A stretch of DNA of 64,000 nucleotides from the human T2T-CHM13v2.0 reference genome, Homo sapiens: the NCBI RefSeq assembly GCF_009914755.1, contig NC_060927.1; one strand, 5' to 3'. Under the pieces are notes generated by a model. That model searched no databases. It had not been told where the DNA came from and was given only the letters and a program-made list of their open reading frames with translations. Of the stretch, positions 28,860-48,090 are shown piece by piece. Each line of letters opens with the position of its first letter. Positions within the stretch are counted from its first letter, which is position 1. A program made the position numbers and the translations under genes.

Positions 28860-28975
28860 AGGTGGACCATAGAATTTATTATCTACACTAGGACATTTTT
28901 TAGAGTGAAGGAGAACATTGTTAATAATTATGCAGGAATAATGGCATAATCCAGCTCAGGAAGAATGGTCATATT
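28860..28975 (+). mobile_element. MER94-like (hAT-Blackjack) relic
   Basis: 'gaccatagaatttattatc...ggacattttttagagtgaagg...ttaataattatgc...atggtca'. Confidence 0.65.
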
Positions 28976-29518
28976 ACTTAAAAGGCTCTGAGTGATCTGG
29001 CCTCTGGCTAGTTCCCCAGCTTCATTTCCCTATCCATGTATTAAAAAAAAAAAAAAAAAAAGACTGTTTGTATCGAAACATTCTTTCTCTGATTTAATAA
29101 TTTCAGAATTGAGCAAAATATTTCTTCAGAAAATTAAATTCTAATAACTACTTTCCAATAGATTATGTTTTGACCAAAAGCCCCTTGCATTGAAAAGGAA
29201 ATATTTTGTTAAACTAACTTAGTATTATGACCTAATAGTCCTAAAATAGAGTTGAAAGATAAGGTTGAAATAGTATTTCCTTACACATGATCCAAAGGTA
29301 TTAATAGTAGGATTTCAAAAAAATTCTTTGCCCCAGGAATATTTAAAAACTCAGGTTAAATGATGTTAAAAGGATTTCCTTACTGCGGATCATCTTAGAA
29401 CCTTTGACTGTGAACCTCCAAGAGAGGGACGACAAGCTGTATTTTCCTAACTTATGAGAGCCTGAAAAGCTCTTTTCAGGAGATAAATATTTCTCCTGTT
29501 TCATGGAACACCTTTTAA

Positions 29519-32843
<3,325 letters not shown>

Positions 32844-33719
32844 AAAAAATTGTAGAGAGTGACGTCAGCAAGATGGCTGAGACACTGCACACTCACCTTC
32901 CCAATAAGAAACTAGGTAACTAGGACACTGGAATCTGGAACTCTCAAGAACAAAGACTCTGTAACATGCTAGGTCATGCCAGTCTCCAGACCAAGGCAAT
33001 GAATTAACAGCTAAGATTTGACTGGAGTGTCAAAGGGAAAGTGCTAGAGTGCAGCAGGGGAGTGGAGACACACATGTGATTGAAAGGCCAGGAGGACAGC
33101 ATGGAGGCACTGGGCCTCTGTAGCCCTGTTTCTTCCACTCAGGGTGTGATCTGCCTAGAGTTAGGAGGGACTTGCCTCACCAGCTCCCATTGTCACCACA
33201 AACACCTACAGTACGTACAACAGGAGAATTTCAAAGTCTTATGAATTGTAGAGCTGCCAAGAATTCACACAGCTGCATTGCCCCAAATTAGGAGCACAAG
33301 GTGGGCACTCTCCACCCTCCATCTACCTGCAGTGAGCCAAGCTGTGCAGCATGGTGCCATCTTGAAACCAGAGCCACCTCTGGTGTGTGCCCTTCTCTGG
33401 GGAACAGTAGCTGCTGCACCTCTCCAGCACTGAGGCTCCATCTTCATTATACCAAGCCCATGCCAGGGGCTGTATGCCACAACCCCAGCAGCACAGAGAC
33501 TGGGCACAAGATCAGCTGTTACTCTGGTCCTACACATCAGGGAAACCAACTTCTGCTGCCCTCACTTCCAGACAGAGGAACAGTTTAATAATAGTCCTGC
33601 CCCAGGTGAACCCACCCTTAAGCCTGCCAAACCATTGCACTCCATCCTCATATGAGAGACGCCCTCAAACCTCCAAGCCTCCAACCCTCCGAGCATTCCT
33701 GAGCTGGTGTAGCAACTAG

Positions 33720-34200
33720 GCACCTGCACCCAAGGCCTGAGAAATAGCCCTGAGGTGCCCCTCCTCCTGCAGACAAGACCCTCACCTGCTCAATGGACAT
33801 GCATTCATAATCAAAGTCTGAGAAATAGCTCTGTGGGATGCCCCTGGCAGAAATTCCCCCAGGCTGGCCAAACAACTACACACCCAATTCCCAGAACTGA
33901 GCAACAACTCCACATGCTGTTCCAAGGAGGCATGCCTCTGTGCTGGCCAAGGAACTATGTGCCCTCATCCTGGGCCTGAGAAAAACACCTTGGGAGATCC
34001 CTAAGAGACACATTCCCAGAACAGCCAAGAAGCTGTGTGCCTGCACCCTGAGCCTCAGAAACATCCCTGTGGCCACTCCATGGAGACAAACCCCTAGGAT
34101 AGCTAAGAAGCTTTGGTCCTGTGTCCCAGGCCCGAGGAGCAGCCCATGGGGCTGCCCCTAGGTTAGTCAAGCAGCCTTGCACCCACATCCTAGGCCTGAA
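33720..34200 (+). repeat. Degenerate ~78-bp tandem array in the L1MA 5' UTR
   Basis: Motif gcctgagaaa..gccc recurs near 33737, 33818, 33897, 33975, 34053, 34130 and 34195. Confidence 0.75.
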
Positions 34201-35355
34201 TTTCTGAACCTGAAGGCAGGTTTTTTGACATATCACAGCCAGACCAAAAAAAAAGATTAAAGACTAAAAAGAATAAAGCTCTGTTTACAGGATTTATGAG
34301 ACACCATTAAGCAAACAAATATTTATATTATAGGCAATTCAGAAGAACAGGAAAGGGCAAAGAAAACATATTTAATAAAATAATCACAGAAAACCTGAAA
34401 TCTTGGGAGGGAGATGAACAATCGAGTTAAGGAAGCTCAAAGGATTCCAAATAGATTCAAATGAAGCAAATCCTCTTCAAGGCATAATATACTCAAATTG
34501 TCAAAATTAAAAAAAAAATAGTATTTTAAAAGGAGCATAAGAGCGTGACGTTAAATATATGGAAATCCCCATTACACTAACAGCAGATTTCTCAGCAGAA
34601 ACCTTACAGGTTTGGGGAGAATTGGATTGTATATTCAAAGTATTGAGAGAAAAAACTACCAATCAAGATTATTATAGCCAGCAACACTCTCCTCTGGAAA
34701 TGAAGGACAAAATAAAATTTTTCACATATAAGCAAAAAATAAGAGAATTCATTACCACTCGACTGGAATTACAAGAAATACTCAAGGGAGCCTTACATCT
34801 TGAAGTGAAAAAACAATAACCACTATCAAGAAAACAAGTGAAACTAGAAAACTCACAGGTAGAGCTGATACCCAAAGGAGAAAGAGAAAGGAGTCAAACA
34901 TTTTTACTACAGAAAACTACCGCACTGCAAATGTAAACAATGAGAGAATGTAAGAGACAAAGAATACACAAAACAACCCAAGACAATCAATATAATAAGA
35001 GGAGTAAGTTCTCACCTAACAGAAAAAACCTTGAATGTAAAAGAGTAAAATTCCCCATATGAAAGATACAGACTGGCTGAATGTATACAAAAACAAAACT
35101 CAACTATATGCTGCCTACAGAAAAACTCATTTCACTTGGATAGACACACAGAGACTGAAAATGAAGGGATGAAAAAATATATTTCATGTAAATGAAAGTA
35201 GATTTACTTGTATCAGACGAAACAGATTTCAATTTAAAAGCTGTAAAAAGAGACAAAGAAAGACATATTATAATAAAGGAATCAATTCAGCAAGAAAATG
35301 TAACAATTATAAAAATATATGCACCCAGTACCAGAGTATCAAGACATATAAAGCT

Positions 35356-35663
<308 letters not shown>

Positions 35664-36080
35664 AAGATACATAAAGCAAATATTATTAGATCTAAAGAGA
35701 GAGACAGATGCCAGTACAACAGCTGGAGACTTCAACACCTCATTCTCAGCAGTAGGCAAAGCATCCAGAGAGAAAATCAACAAACAACATCAAATTTAAA
35801 CTGCACCATAGACCTAAAAGACATCTACAGAATATTTCACCTGTGGCTATAGAACACACATTCTACTTAGCACGTGAAACATTCTCTAGGATTGACTATA
35901 TGTTAGAGCACAAAATGAATCTCAAAAAGTTAAAAATATTTAAAGTCATAGTAAGTATCTTATCTTACCACAATAGAGTGAAACTAGACATTAATAACAA
36001 GATAAACACTCAAAACTATACAAATACATGGAAATTAAAAGGCATTATCTTGAAAAAGTAATAGGTAAAGGAAAAATTAA

Positions 36081-36361
36081 GGCCAGGCACGGTGGCTCAT
36101 GCCTGTAATGGTAGCACTTTGGGAGGCTGAGGTGGGCGGATCACAAGGTCAGGAGATCAAGACCATCCTGGTTAACACAGTGAAACCCCGTCTCTACTAA
36201 AAATACAAAAAATTAGCCAGACATGATGGTAGGTGCCTGTAGTCCCAGCTACTCAGGAGGCTGAGGCAGGAGAACAGCATGAACCCAGGAGGCGGAGCTT
36301 GCAGTGAGCAGAGATCGGGCCACTGCACTCCAGCCTGGGTGAAAGTGCGAGACTCCGTCTC

Positions 36362-36390
<29 letters not shown>
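36081..36390 (+). mobile_element. AluY-like nested in L1MA
   Basis: 'gagatcaagaccatcctgg', 'ggagcttgcagtgag'; TSD gaaaaattaag / aaaaaattaag. Confidence 0.95.
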
Positions 36391-36393
<3 letters not shown>

Positions 36394-37563
36394 AATTAAG
36401 AATGAAATTTTCAAATTTCTTAACACAAATATAAATGGAAACACAGCATACCAAAACCTACGGGATGCACCAAAAGGAGTAGTAAGATAAAAATTTTAGC
36501 ATAAAATGTCTACATCAAAAAACTGGGAAGAGTTCAAACAAACAACCTAATGATGCACTTTAAGGAACTAGAAAAGTAAGAACAAGCCAAACTCAAAATT
36601 AGTAGAAGGAAAGAAATAAGAAAAAATAAATGAAACAGCAAAAAAAAATAAAATTGAGACTAAAAAAATACAAAAGATCAATAAAATAAAAATTTTGTTT
36701 TTTGCAAAGGTAAACAAAATTGACAATTAGACTAAGAAGTAAATAGAGATGACCCAAATAAATAAAATCAGAAATGAAAAAGGAGACAACACAACAGATA
36801 GTCTCCCAAAGAAAAATCCAAGAATGGATGGTTTCACTGCTGAATTCTATGAAACCTTTAAAGAAGAATTAATACCAACTATTCTCAAACTATTGAAAAA
36901 AATTGAAGCAGAGGGAATTCTTCCTAACCCATTCTATAAGCCCACCCTAACCCTGATACCAAAACAAGACTAGGACACAACAACAACAAAAAAGAAAACT
37001 ACAGGCCAATATCCCTAATGAACATAGAAATCAAAACCCTCAACAAAATTCTAGCAAACTGAATTCAACAACACATCAAGATGGTAATATACTGTGATCA
37101 AGTGGGATTTATCCAGGAAGGCAAGCCTGGTTCAACATATGCAAATTAATACACGTCAAATATCACACCAATAGAATAAAGGACAAACACTATAAAATTA
37201 TCTTAATAGATGCAGGAAAAAGCCTTTAATAACATTCAACAACACTTTGTAATAAAAACTCTAATAAATTAGGTAGAGAAGGAAGCAGCTCCACATGATA
37301 AAGGTCATATATGACAAATCCACAGCTAACATCTTACTGAACAGAGAAAAGTTGAAAGCTTTTCCTCTAAGAACTGGAAGAAGACAAGGATTCCTATTCT
37401 CACCACTCTTATTCAACATAGTACTGGAAGTCCTAGCCAGAGCAATTAGGCAAAAGAAATAAAGGGCATCCAAATCGGAAAGGAGGAAGTCAAATTGTCA
37501 CTGTTCGCAGATGACATGATCTTAGATATAGAAAATCCTAAAGACTCTACCGTAAAATTATTA

Positions 37564-37936
<373 letters not shown>

Positions 37937-37985
37937 TCACTAATATTTCTATACATGAACAACAAAATAGCTGAAAAAGTAATCA

Positions 37986-38291
<306 letters not shown>

Positions 38292-38354
38292 TTAAAAAAT
38301 AAAATACCTAGGAATAAATTTTACCAAGGAGGTGAAAGATCTCTGCAAGAAAAA

Positions 38355-38392
<38 letters not shown>

Positions 38393-41167
38393 AATTAAAG
38401 AGGATACAAGCAAATGAAAAGACATCCCATGTTTATGGATCAGAAGAATCAATATTGTTAAAATGACAATACTACTCAAAGAAATCTATAGATACAGTGA
38501 AATCTCTATGAAAATACCAATGACATTCTTCACAGAAATAGAAAAAAAATCTTAAAATGTGTATGGAAGCACAAAAGACCCCAAAGAGCCAAAGCAACCC
38601 TGAGGAAAGATAGCAAAGCTGAAGTTATCATCCTCCCAGACCTCAAAATGTACTGCAAAGCTATATCAACCAAACAAGCATTCTACTGACATAAAAACAG
38701 ATATGTAGACCAAAAGAACAGAGTAGAAAACCCAGATATTTAACCAGTACTTACAGCCAACTGATCTTTGAAAAAGGTATTAAGAGCCCTCACTCAGGAA
38801 AGGACAGTCAGCAAAAACATGATGCTGGGAAAACTGGATGTCTATATATACAAGAATGAAACTAGACCTTCATATTTTACCCTATACAAAAATCAACTCA
38901 AATTGGATCAAAAACTTAAATGTGAGACCCAAAATGATAAAACTACTGGAAGAATACATAGGAGAAATGCTTCAGAACATTGGTCATGGAAAAGATTTTA
39001 TGAAAAAGACTTCAAAAGCAACAAAAGCAAAAATAAATAAATGAGATTATATTAAACTGAAAACCTTCTGCACAGAAAGGAAGCCATCAAAAGAGTGAAA
39101 AGACAACCTACAGAATGAGACAAATGTTTGGAAACTACTCATCTGACAGGGAATTGATATTCAGAATATTCAAGGAACACATCTCACCAGGAAAAAAAAA
39201 AAATCCGGTTAACAAATGGGCAATGATCTGAATAGACATTTCTCAAAAGAAGACAAACAAATGGCCCAAAAATATATGAAAAATACTTAACATCACAAAT
39301 CATCAAGGAAATGCAAATCAAAACTATAATGGAGTAGAATCTCATTCCAGTTGGTATGGCTACTATCAAAAAGACAAAAAAAGTGCTGATGAGAATGCAA
39401 GGAAAAGGAAACTCTTACACGCTGCTGGTAGGAATGTAAGCTAGTACAACCACTATGAGAACAGTATGGAAGTTCCTCAAGAAACTACCAACTGAACTAC
39501 CATATCATCCAGCAATTGCACTGCTAGGCATTTATCCAAAGGAAAAAAATATATCGGTGACATCTGCACCCCCATGTTTATTGCAACACTATTCACAATA
39601 GCCAAGATATGAAATCAACCTAGGTGTCCAACAACAGATAAATAAATAAATAATATGTGATATGTGCACAATGGAATAGTATTCCTCCATAAAAAATAAT
39701 GAAATCTTGGCATTTGCAGAAGTATGAATGGACTGGAAGACATTATGTTAATTGAAATAAGCCAGGAAGAGACAGTGAGATATCACGTTCTCAACTCATA
39801 TGTAGAAGCTGAAAAGTTGATTTCATAGAAGTAAAAAAAGTAGAACAGAGGACATCAGAGGTGAGGACAGGTAGAGGAAGGAAGGACTAGAAAACAGCTG
39901 TTAAAGGATAGGTAGGAGGAATATCTTCTAGTGTTCTATAGCACTGTAGGATGACTACAGTTAACAACAACATGTTACATAGTTTCAAATAGCTAGAAGG
40001 AAGATATTCATTGTTCCCGACATAAAGAAAAAATAAATATTTGAGATGATGGATATGCTAATTACCTTGATCTGATCACTATACATTGCATGTATCAAAA
40101 TATTGCTATGTACTCCATAAATATATATAATTATTATTTGTTAATTAAAAAATACAATGCCTTTTACAGGGTTAAAGGAATTAAAAGGCCTTTAAATAAA
40201 CATAATTGTATTTATAAAAACAAAAAAGAAGAAAAATATTATACCTTATCTCCATTTAACTGGCCAAAGTGCTTGTTTTTTTTGTTTGTGTTTGTTCATA
40301 TTTACTGCTTCCATATTTATTTACAAGCCTGAAGTGGCAGTTTATGTTGACTTGAGCATAATTATTTCCCTTATCAATTTACTCTTTTCCTTGATATTGT
40401 TTATGATTAGGTCTGAGAAAATACGTAAATGCAGCTATGAGGCTTGGGGGATATAAACTTTATTAATATAGTGTGTTTGTAGGGAGGAGTTTCTCCAATT
40501 CCATAAGCAGGTTTTTAAAGTGTAAAGAATGTATAGCACTCCACTCAATCTTTTAATTATGTTTCCACATTCTTTTTAACAACATATTTTCTATGAAACG
40601 AAACCAACCTGGATGTTTTCTTTCTGGATAATCAGTAGACAGGACATGCTCCCTCTTGTTTGATAATACTATCAGGATGTGAAAAATAAATCTTGGCAGA
40701 GCTATTGAGATAAATCCTCAAATGAAACTCAGATAAAGATACATGTAAACTTAGTAACTTTATATCCTTTTCAAGGAAAATAAAACAAATGTAAAAGGAT
40801 CCAATGAAAAATTTAAGACCAACCATTAAAGACAATTTTTTAAAATGAAAATTCAGAAACACTGTCTTCCCAAGTATGATTTCTGAAGAAAACCTAATTT
40901 AAACATAAATCTCTATTGATAAATAAGTAAGTTATTACACTCAGCATTGGAGTTTTAAAATATTTTTCCACATGTCCTCTGATAAAACAGTTAAGCCTGA
41001 AAAAGACCCTATGAGATTTCTTATTGTCAGGTTTATTTATTTATTTATTTTGCTTTGTAGCTCCAACACTTATGAAATATTTTTCATATAATTAATTTTT
41101 AATTATAATTCTTTTAGAATGTACTTCTGAAAAGAGAAAAGAAACATTGACCACTAAATATCTGTAT

Positions 41168-42218
41168 TGGTCCCTAGGCTGCACACAGCAGTGGTGGGGG
41201 CCCTGGGCCTGGCCCATGAAACCATTTTTTCTCCTAGACCTCTGGGTCTTTGATGGGAGGGGCTGCCATGAAAGTCTCTGACATGACCTGGAGACATCTT
41301 CCCCATTGTCTTGGTGATTAACATTTGGCTCCTTGTTACTTATGCAAATTTCTAGAGCAGGCTTGAATTTCTCTCCAGAAAATGAGTTGTTCTTTTCTGT
41401 TGCTTTGTCATTGGGCTGCAAATTTTCAAAACTTTTAAGTTCTGCTTCCTCTTGAATACTTTGCCACTTAGAAATTTCTTCTGCCAGATACCCTAAATCA
41501 TCCCTCTCAAGTTCAAAGTTCCACAGATCTCTAGGGCAGGGGCAAAATGCTACCCATCTCTTTGCTAAAGCATAATAAGAGCCACCTTTGCTCCAGTTCC
41601 CAAGAAGTTTCTCATCCACATCTGAGACCACCTCAGCCTGGACTTCATTGTCCATATCACTGTCAGCATTTTGGTCAAAACCATTCAACAAGTCTCTAGG
41701 AAGTTCCAAAATTTCCCACATTTTCCTGTCTTCTTCTAAGCCCTCCAAATCATTCCAGCCTCTTCCTGTTACCCCGTTCCAAAATCACTTCCACATTTTT
41801 GGGTATTTTTACAGCAGCTCCCCACTCTCTGTGGTACCAATTTACTGTATTAGTCCATTCACACACTGCTAATAAAGACATACCCAAGACTGGGTAATTT
41901 ATAAAGGAAAGAGATTTACTTGACTCACAGTTCTGCACAGCTGGGGAGGCCTCAGGAAACTTACAATCATGGCAGAGGGGAGGCAAACACGTCTTTCTTC
42001 ATATGGCAGCAGCAAAGAGAAGTAGAGAGAGAAGTCAGGGGAAATCTTCTTATAAAACCATCAGATCTCATGAGCACTCACTCACTATCACAAGAACAGC
42101 ATGGATGTAACTGCCCCATGATTCAATTACCTCCAACTGGGTCCCTCCCATGACATGTGGTGATTATGGAAACTACAATTCAAGATGAGATTTGCGGGGG
42201 ACACAGCCAAACCATATA
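41168..42218 (-). mobile_element. THE1 (THE1C-like) 5' LTR plus truncated internal region
   Basis: LTR 41846-42218; internal MaLR ORF remnant 41092-41748 'MWEILELPRDLLNGFDQNADSDMDNEVQAEVVSD'; no second LTR. Confidence 0.92.
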
Positions 42219-42379
42219 AATATCATAATTAACCAAATATATCAAAAATACTCAGCTTAAGTCATGGAATGGAGAATTAATGGGTAATATGCCAAATGTT
42301 GCCACCTTGTTTGAAGAAGAAGGATTAGATCACCAGTATATTCCTCATTTCTGCATGTTTCTTGAAAAATAAATATTGC

Positions 42380-42610
42380 AGTGGCTCAGACCTCAGACTT
42401 CAAGTCAGACAGCTATAGATGTAAGTCCTAGCTCTATCACTGAGTACTGTGACATTGGATGAATGTCTACACATCTCTAAGCCTCATCTGCAAATGGAAT
42501 GCTAATTATAACTCACTTATGAGCTTCTTGTAAAAATTTAACAAACAGAAACGTAAAATATTTGACCCAAGTTCCAGCATATAGTAAACACTCAATACAT
42601 GTCACTACTA
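42380..42610 (+). mobile_element. MIR
   Basis: 'agtcagacag...cctagctctatcact...tctctaagcctcatctgcaaatgg...tagtaaacactcaata'. Confidence 0.75.
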
Positions 42611-43058
42611 AAGAGATTTAGTATTTATAAATGCTTTACTTGAAGGATAGTTTGAATTGTCTCGGTATGTTCCAAGACTCTAGGTTTCATTCATTAACAA
42701 ATATTTATCATGTCTACTATATATACTAGATATATATCTGTGTTGCTATACATCTTTTGTCTAAGTCATTATACATCAAGAATAACGCTTTTATCAGCTT
42801 CCCTTTCTCTTCTCCTCTTTCTTTTACTAGCTTGTGCTTTCCTTTTCTTCCTCTCTTTCTTGGGATAGCAGTTTTGAAAATGCAACACTTGTTGTTATTG
42901 AAGGAAAATCTATAGAGAAAAGAAGTCTAAATACAATAACTGTTAGATTCTACCCATCAATGTTTCCAGGAGTCAAAGATTGCTGCCCAACCTACCCACC
43001 ATCCTTTACCATCACTCCAGAAAAATAAACCAATACAGTTATTACCAGTCTGGGCCTC

Positions 43059-43766
<708 letters not shown>

Positions 43767-44001
43767 CTTGCTTTTTCCCATTATCAAGAGATCATATAAG
43801 CCCTTTCTCCCCCTGTATGCAGGCATCTTTTTGGGAAAAGGTGCATAGGAGGACAAGGCTCATTCAGGGGAAGAAAGCGATGGTAGATGTCTGAAGTGGT
43901 TCAAATAATAAATTTATTTTTTGCACCTTTTTAAACAAAAGGTCAGGATATTTTTGGAAACTAAAGCATAACACTGATTTCTCAACTGCTTTCTTTCTCT
44001 C

Positions 44002-44330
44002 TGTCTTAGTCAGTTTGGGCTGCTCTAAAAAATATCCCATAGTCTGTGTGTGTGACTTAAACAATAAACATTTATTTCTCATGGTTCTAGGGGTTAGAAG
44101 TCCAAGATCAGGATGATGAGTTCTGGCTTGCAGACTGCCGACTTCTCCATGGATACTTACATGGAAAACACAGGGAGCTAGCTAGCTCTCTGGCCTCTTC
44201 TTAGTATTGCCTCTACTGGTTCCACTTTCAAGGCCTAATTACCTCCTAAAAGCCCCACCTCCAAACATCATTACCTTGGGATTAGTCAACATATGACTTT
44301 TGAGGGGACACAAACATTCAGTCCATTGCA
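44002..44330 (-). mobile_element. MaLR solo LTR (MLT1A/MSTD-like)
   Basis: 'tgtcttagtcagtttgggctgct...gaggggacacaaacattcagtccattgca'. Confidence 0.8.
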
Positions 44331-45084
44331 TCCTCTAATGAACTCTTATAGCACCTTCCTGTTTCATAACACCTGTGGTCTCCTACTTTGCAATATTCAG
44401 TTGTTTACATGTTTCATTTTTTTCTAAATATGCAAATATCTTGAAAATGAAATCCATATCCAGTTATTTTGTTCCTCATGGTAATTAACAGTGTTTCCAG
44501 AAAGCAATATTTCACTGATTTGATGCATTTTGAGTCAGTGCCTACCATATGCTACACTACTGCAATTTGATGAGAATTTCCTAATAAATACATAAATGAA
44601 CTTATAAATAAATTATAAAACATTTAAGGATACTTGAAAAGCTGGATGTAATAATATTCTGATCTACATTTTAGATATTTGTAAAGTATATTTAAATTCA
44701 TCATCACTCCTGCCATATATATGAGCAAACATATGGCTCAAAAATATTTTATTTTTGGCTCTACATTACACAGAAGTTTTGCATGTAAAAATTCTAAATA
44801 GTCTTTTTCACAATGAGGGAAGAATTAAATTTAAATTGCCCAGCACTATGCCTGACACATATCCATTGCATGGTAAATATATATAGTAATTCTATGTATC
44901 ACTGGATAGCAGATTCCTTGAGGGCAGAAACTGGTTTTCTTTGTTTGTTTGTTTGTTAGTCTTCGTGATGGTTGATTTAATGTGTCAACTTGACTGGACT
45001 AAGGGATGGGCTAAGCAGATAGCCGGTAAAACATTATTTCCGGGTGTGTATGTGAGGGTATTTCTGGAAGAAATCAGCATTTGA

Positions 45085-45391
<307 letters not shown>

Positions 45392-45481
45392 TTAAAATTT
45401 GAATAAGTAGTTTAAGTAAGAAAATTCACCCTTACCAATGTGGGTGGGCATCTCTTGAGGGCCCAAATAAAACAAAAGGAC

Positions 45482-45825
<344 letters not shown>

Positions 45826-46244
45826 TCATTCCCTTGAACGTTAGTGCTCCTGATTCTCAGGCCTTCAGACTCTGACTGGGACTTGGACTTATGGCTCCCC
45901 TGGTTCTCAGGTCTTTGGGCTTGGATCAGAAGTATTTCCTGTTCTTCAATTTGCAGATGACAAATCGTGGGACTTAGCTTTCATATCCCGTGAGCCAGTC
46001 TCATAATAAATTTTTTTCTCTATATCTATTCATGTCCTATTGGTCCTGTTTCTCTGTAGACCCCTAATATAATCCTCATAGCCCCAAAAGTTTGTCTCTA
46101 ATTTAGCAGTTGTTCAAGAAATATTTATGGAATAGAATAAAACAGAACTGCCATCTGCCTGATTTCTCCTTTTAGAGTAGGAAAACACCACCTGAATAGA
46201 GGATAACTGTGAATATAAAATGAAGCAATTAAAAGAAGCAATTA

Positions 46245-46508
46245 GGATCACTTGAACCCAGGAGTTCGAGACCAGCCTGAGCAACATAATGAGACCCCAA
46301 CTCACAAAAATAATTTTTTAAATCAGCCAGGTGTGGTGGTGCGCACCTGTAGTCCCAGCTACTCAGGAGGAGGCTGAGGTGGGAGGATTGCTTGCTTGAG
46401 GAGGAAGGATTTCTTGAGCCTGGAAGGTCAAGGCTGCAGTGAGCCATGATTGTGCCACTGCACTCCAGCCTGGGTGACAGAGCAAGACCCTGTCTCAAAA
46501 AGAAAAAA
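46245..46508 (+). mobile_element. 5'-truncated AluJ with small internal duplication
   Basis: TSD aaaagaagcaatta on both sides. Confidence 0.93.
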
Positions 46509-47234
46509 GAAGCAATTATTCTTTCTTTGGGTGAAAACTGTGTATTCTATACTGGACTCTTACATGTTAGTTTGTCATTTTAGCAGTGGTCCCAAAGAAA
46601 TATGAGTTTCCTCTTTCAGAGCAGGGGTTAGCTCTCAAAAGTAGGACCTAGGTTCCTCAGTGGATCTTCTGGATTTGAGGAGAAAGTTTGGAAGTGCTTG
46701 GGACCATAGGTACAGGTCTGACTTGAGGACAGTAAACCAAGACAGGGAAGCAGCAAATGCTGTAGGGCGGGGAGAGGGGAGGAAAAGAGGACGCAGGAAA
46801 AACAAGCATAAACCACGAGAGCGGAGTCAGTGATTTAGCAGGATCCAAAGTTTATATTGAGAAGATTTCCCTGGTTTTGGTTTTGGACAGATTATGTAGG
46901 GGTTTGGGGATGCTTAAATAATTATATGGTTCCATTTCCTTTTCATGATCTCACATTTTTCAAAAGAATGTTTTATGTGTGTCTTTAGAATTGGTGAATG
47001 AATGAATCTTATTTTTTTAATACCTGAGATTGTCACTGAAGTATTGTCACAAAATTTAGGCTTAAAAGTCTGACAATGAATTGACCCTAGGTAAGGTGTA
47101 GGGTTTTTGTCTTTTAGAAAGTATCAATCAAGAAAATGCCCAGGAGTCACTGGACACAACACTCTCCTGGAAGCCAAAGGTGTAGGAAGATGCTGAGGCC
47201 CAGCATGGTCCCAGCAGTACACATTTTACAAAAG

Positions 47235-47670
47235 GGAAAGATTTTTTACTTGGCAAAACTTTAGTCCAGCTTCTTAATCTTCTGTTAGCTCCTTCAATGC
47301 ACTTCATTGTAAAGTCCAGTTTTAGCAAAAAACCCTGCTGAGTCTGTTTAGCAAGAACCCTCAACCTCCATATCTGATCAGGTTCATCATCCTCCACCAT
47401 CTCCCAGGTGATGTCTGATCCCCCCGGCTTGTCTTACGCAAGAGCCCTGTTAGGCAAGTTTAGCCAGAATCCACCTTACTTCTGATGTTTCCTCTTAGTA
47501 ATTTTCTATCCACGGACCCCCACACAGTTCCTTGCCTGTGAATTCCTACTCGTTCCTGCTCTATTCAGAGTTGAGCCTAATTGCTCTCCCCGACTGCAAG
47601 CCCTCATTGCAGTGGTCCCTACACCTATGGCAATGGTCTTGAATAAATTCTTCCTTACCATGCTGTTAAA
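47235..47670 (+). mobile_element. MER31-type ERV1 LTR
   Basis: 'cagttttagcaa..aaccctgct', 'tttagccagaatcc', 'gtggtccctacacctatggcaatggtcttgaataaa'. Confidence 0.8.
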
Positions 47671-47779
47671 AAGAGAAAGAGAGAAAAGAAAACAGAGCTG
47701 AATATACTGAGAATATTGCTTAATATACGGCAACCTCTGTGTAACTGTTCTCACTTCCTTTTAACAGATTTCCTCACTA

Positions 47780-48090
47780 TTAGCATAACTTTGGGCTGAT
47801 CAAAACAGTAGCCGCTTGTAGCTATTTAGTCCCTGAAGTATGGCCAGCCCAATTCAAGAAGTACCATAAGTATAAAATACATAAAAATTTTCAAAGATTT
47901 AGTTCAAAAAATAAATTCTTAATAATTTTTAATATTGATTGCATGTTGAAGTGACAATATTATGTATATATTGGGTTAGAGAAAATGTTATTTAAGTTAA
48001 CTTTATGTTTCTTTATCTTTTTTAATGAGGCTACTAAAACATTTTGAATCTCAAAAGTAGCTAACACTATATTTACATTGTACAGTGCTA
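47780..48090. mobile_element. MER33/MER3-type hAT-Charlie relic
   Basis: 'tattgattgcatgttgaagtgacaatatt', 'gaggctactaaaacatttt', terminal 'tgtacagtgct'. Confidence 0.7.
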
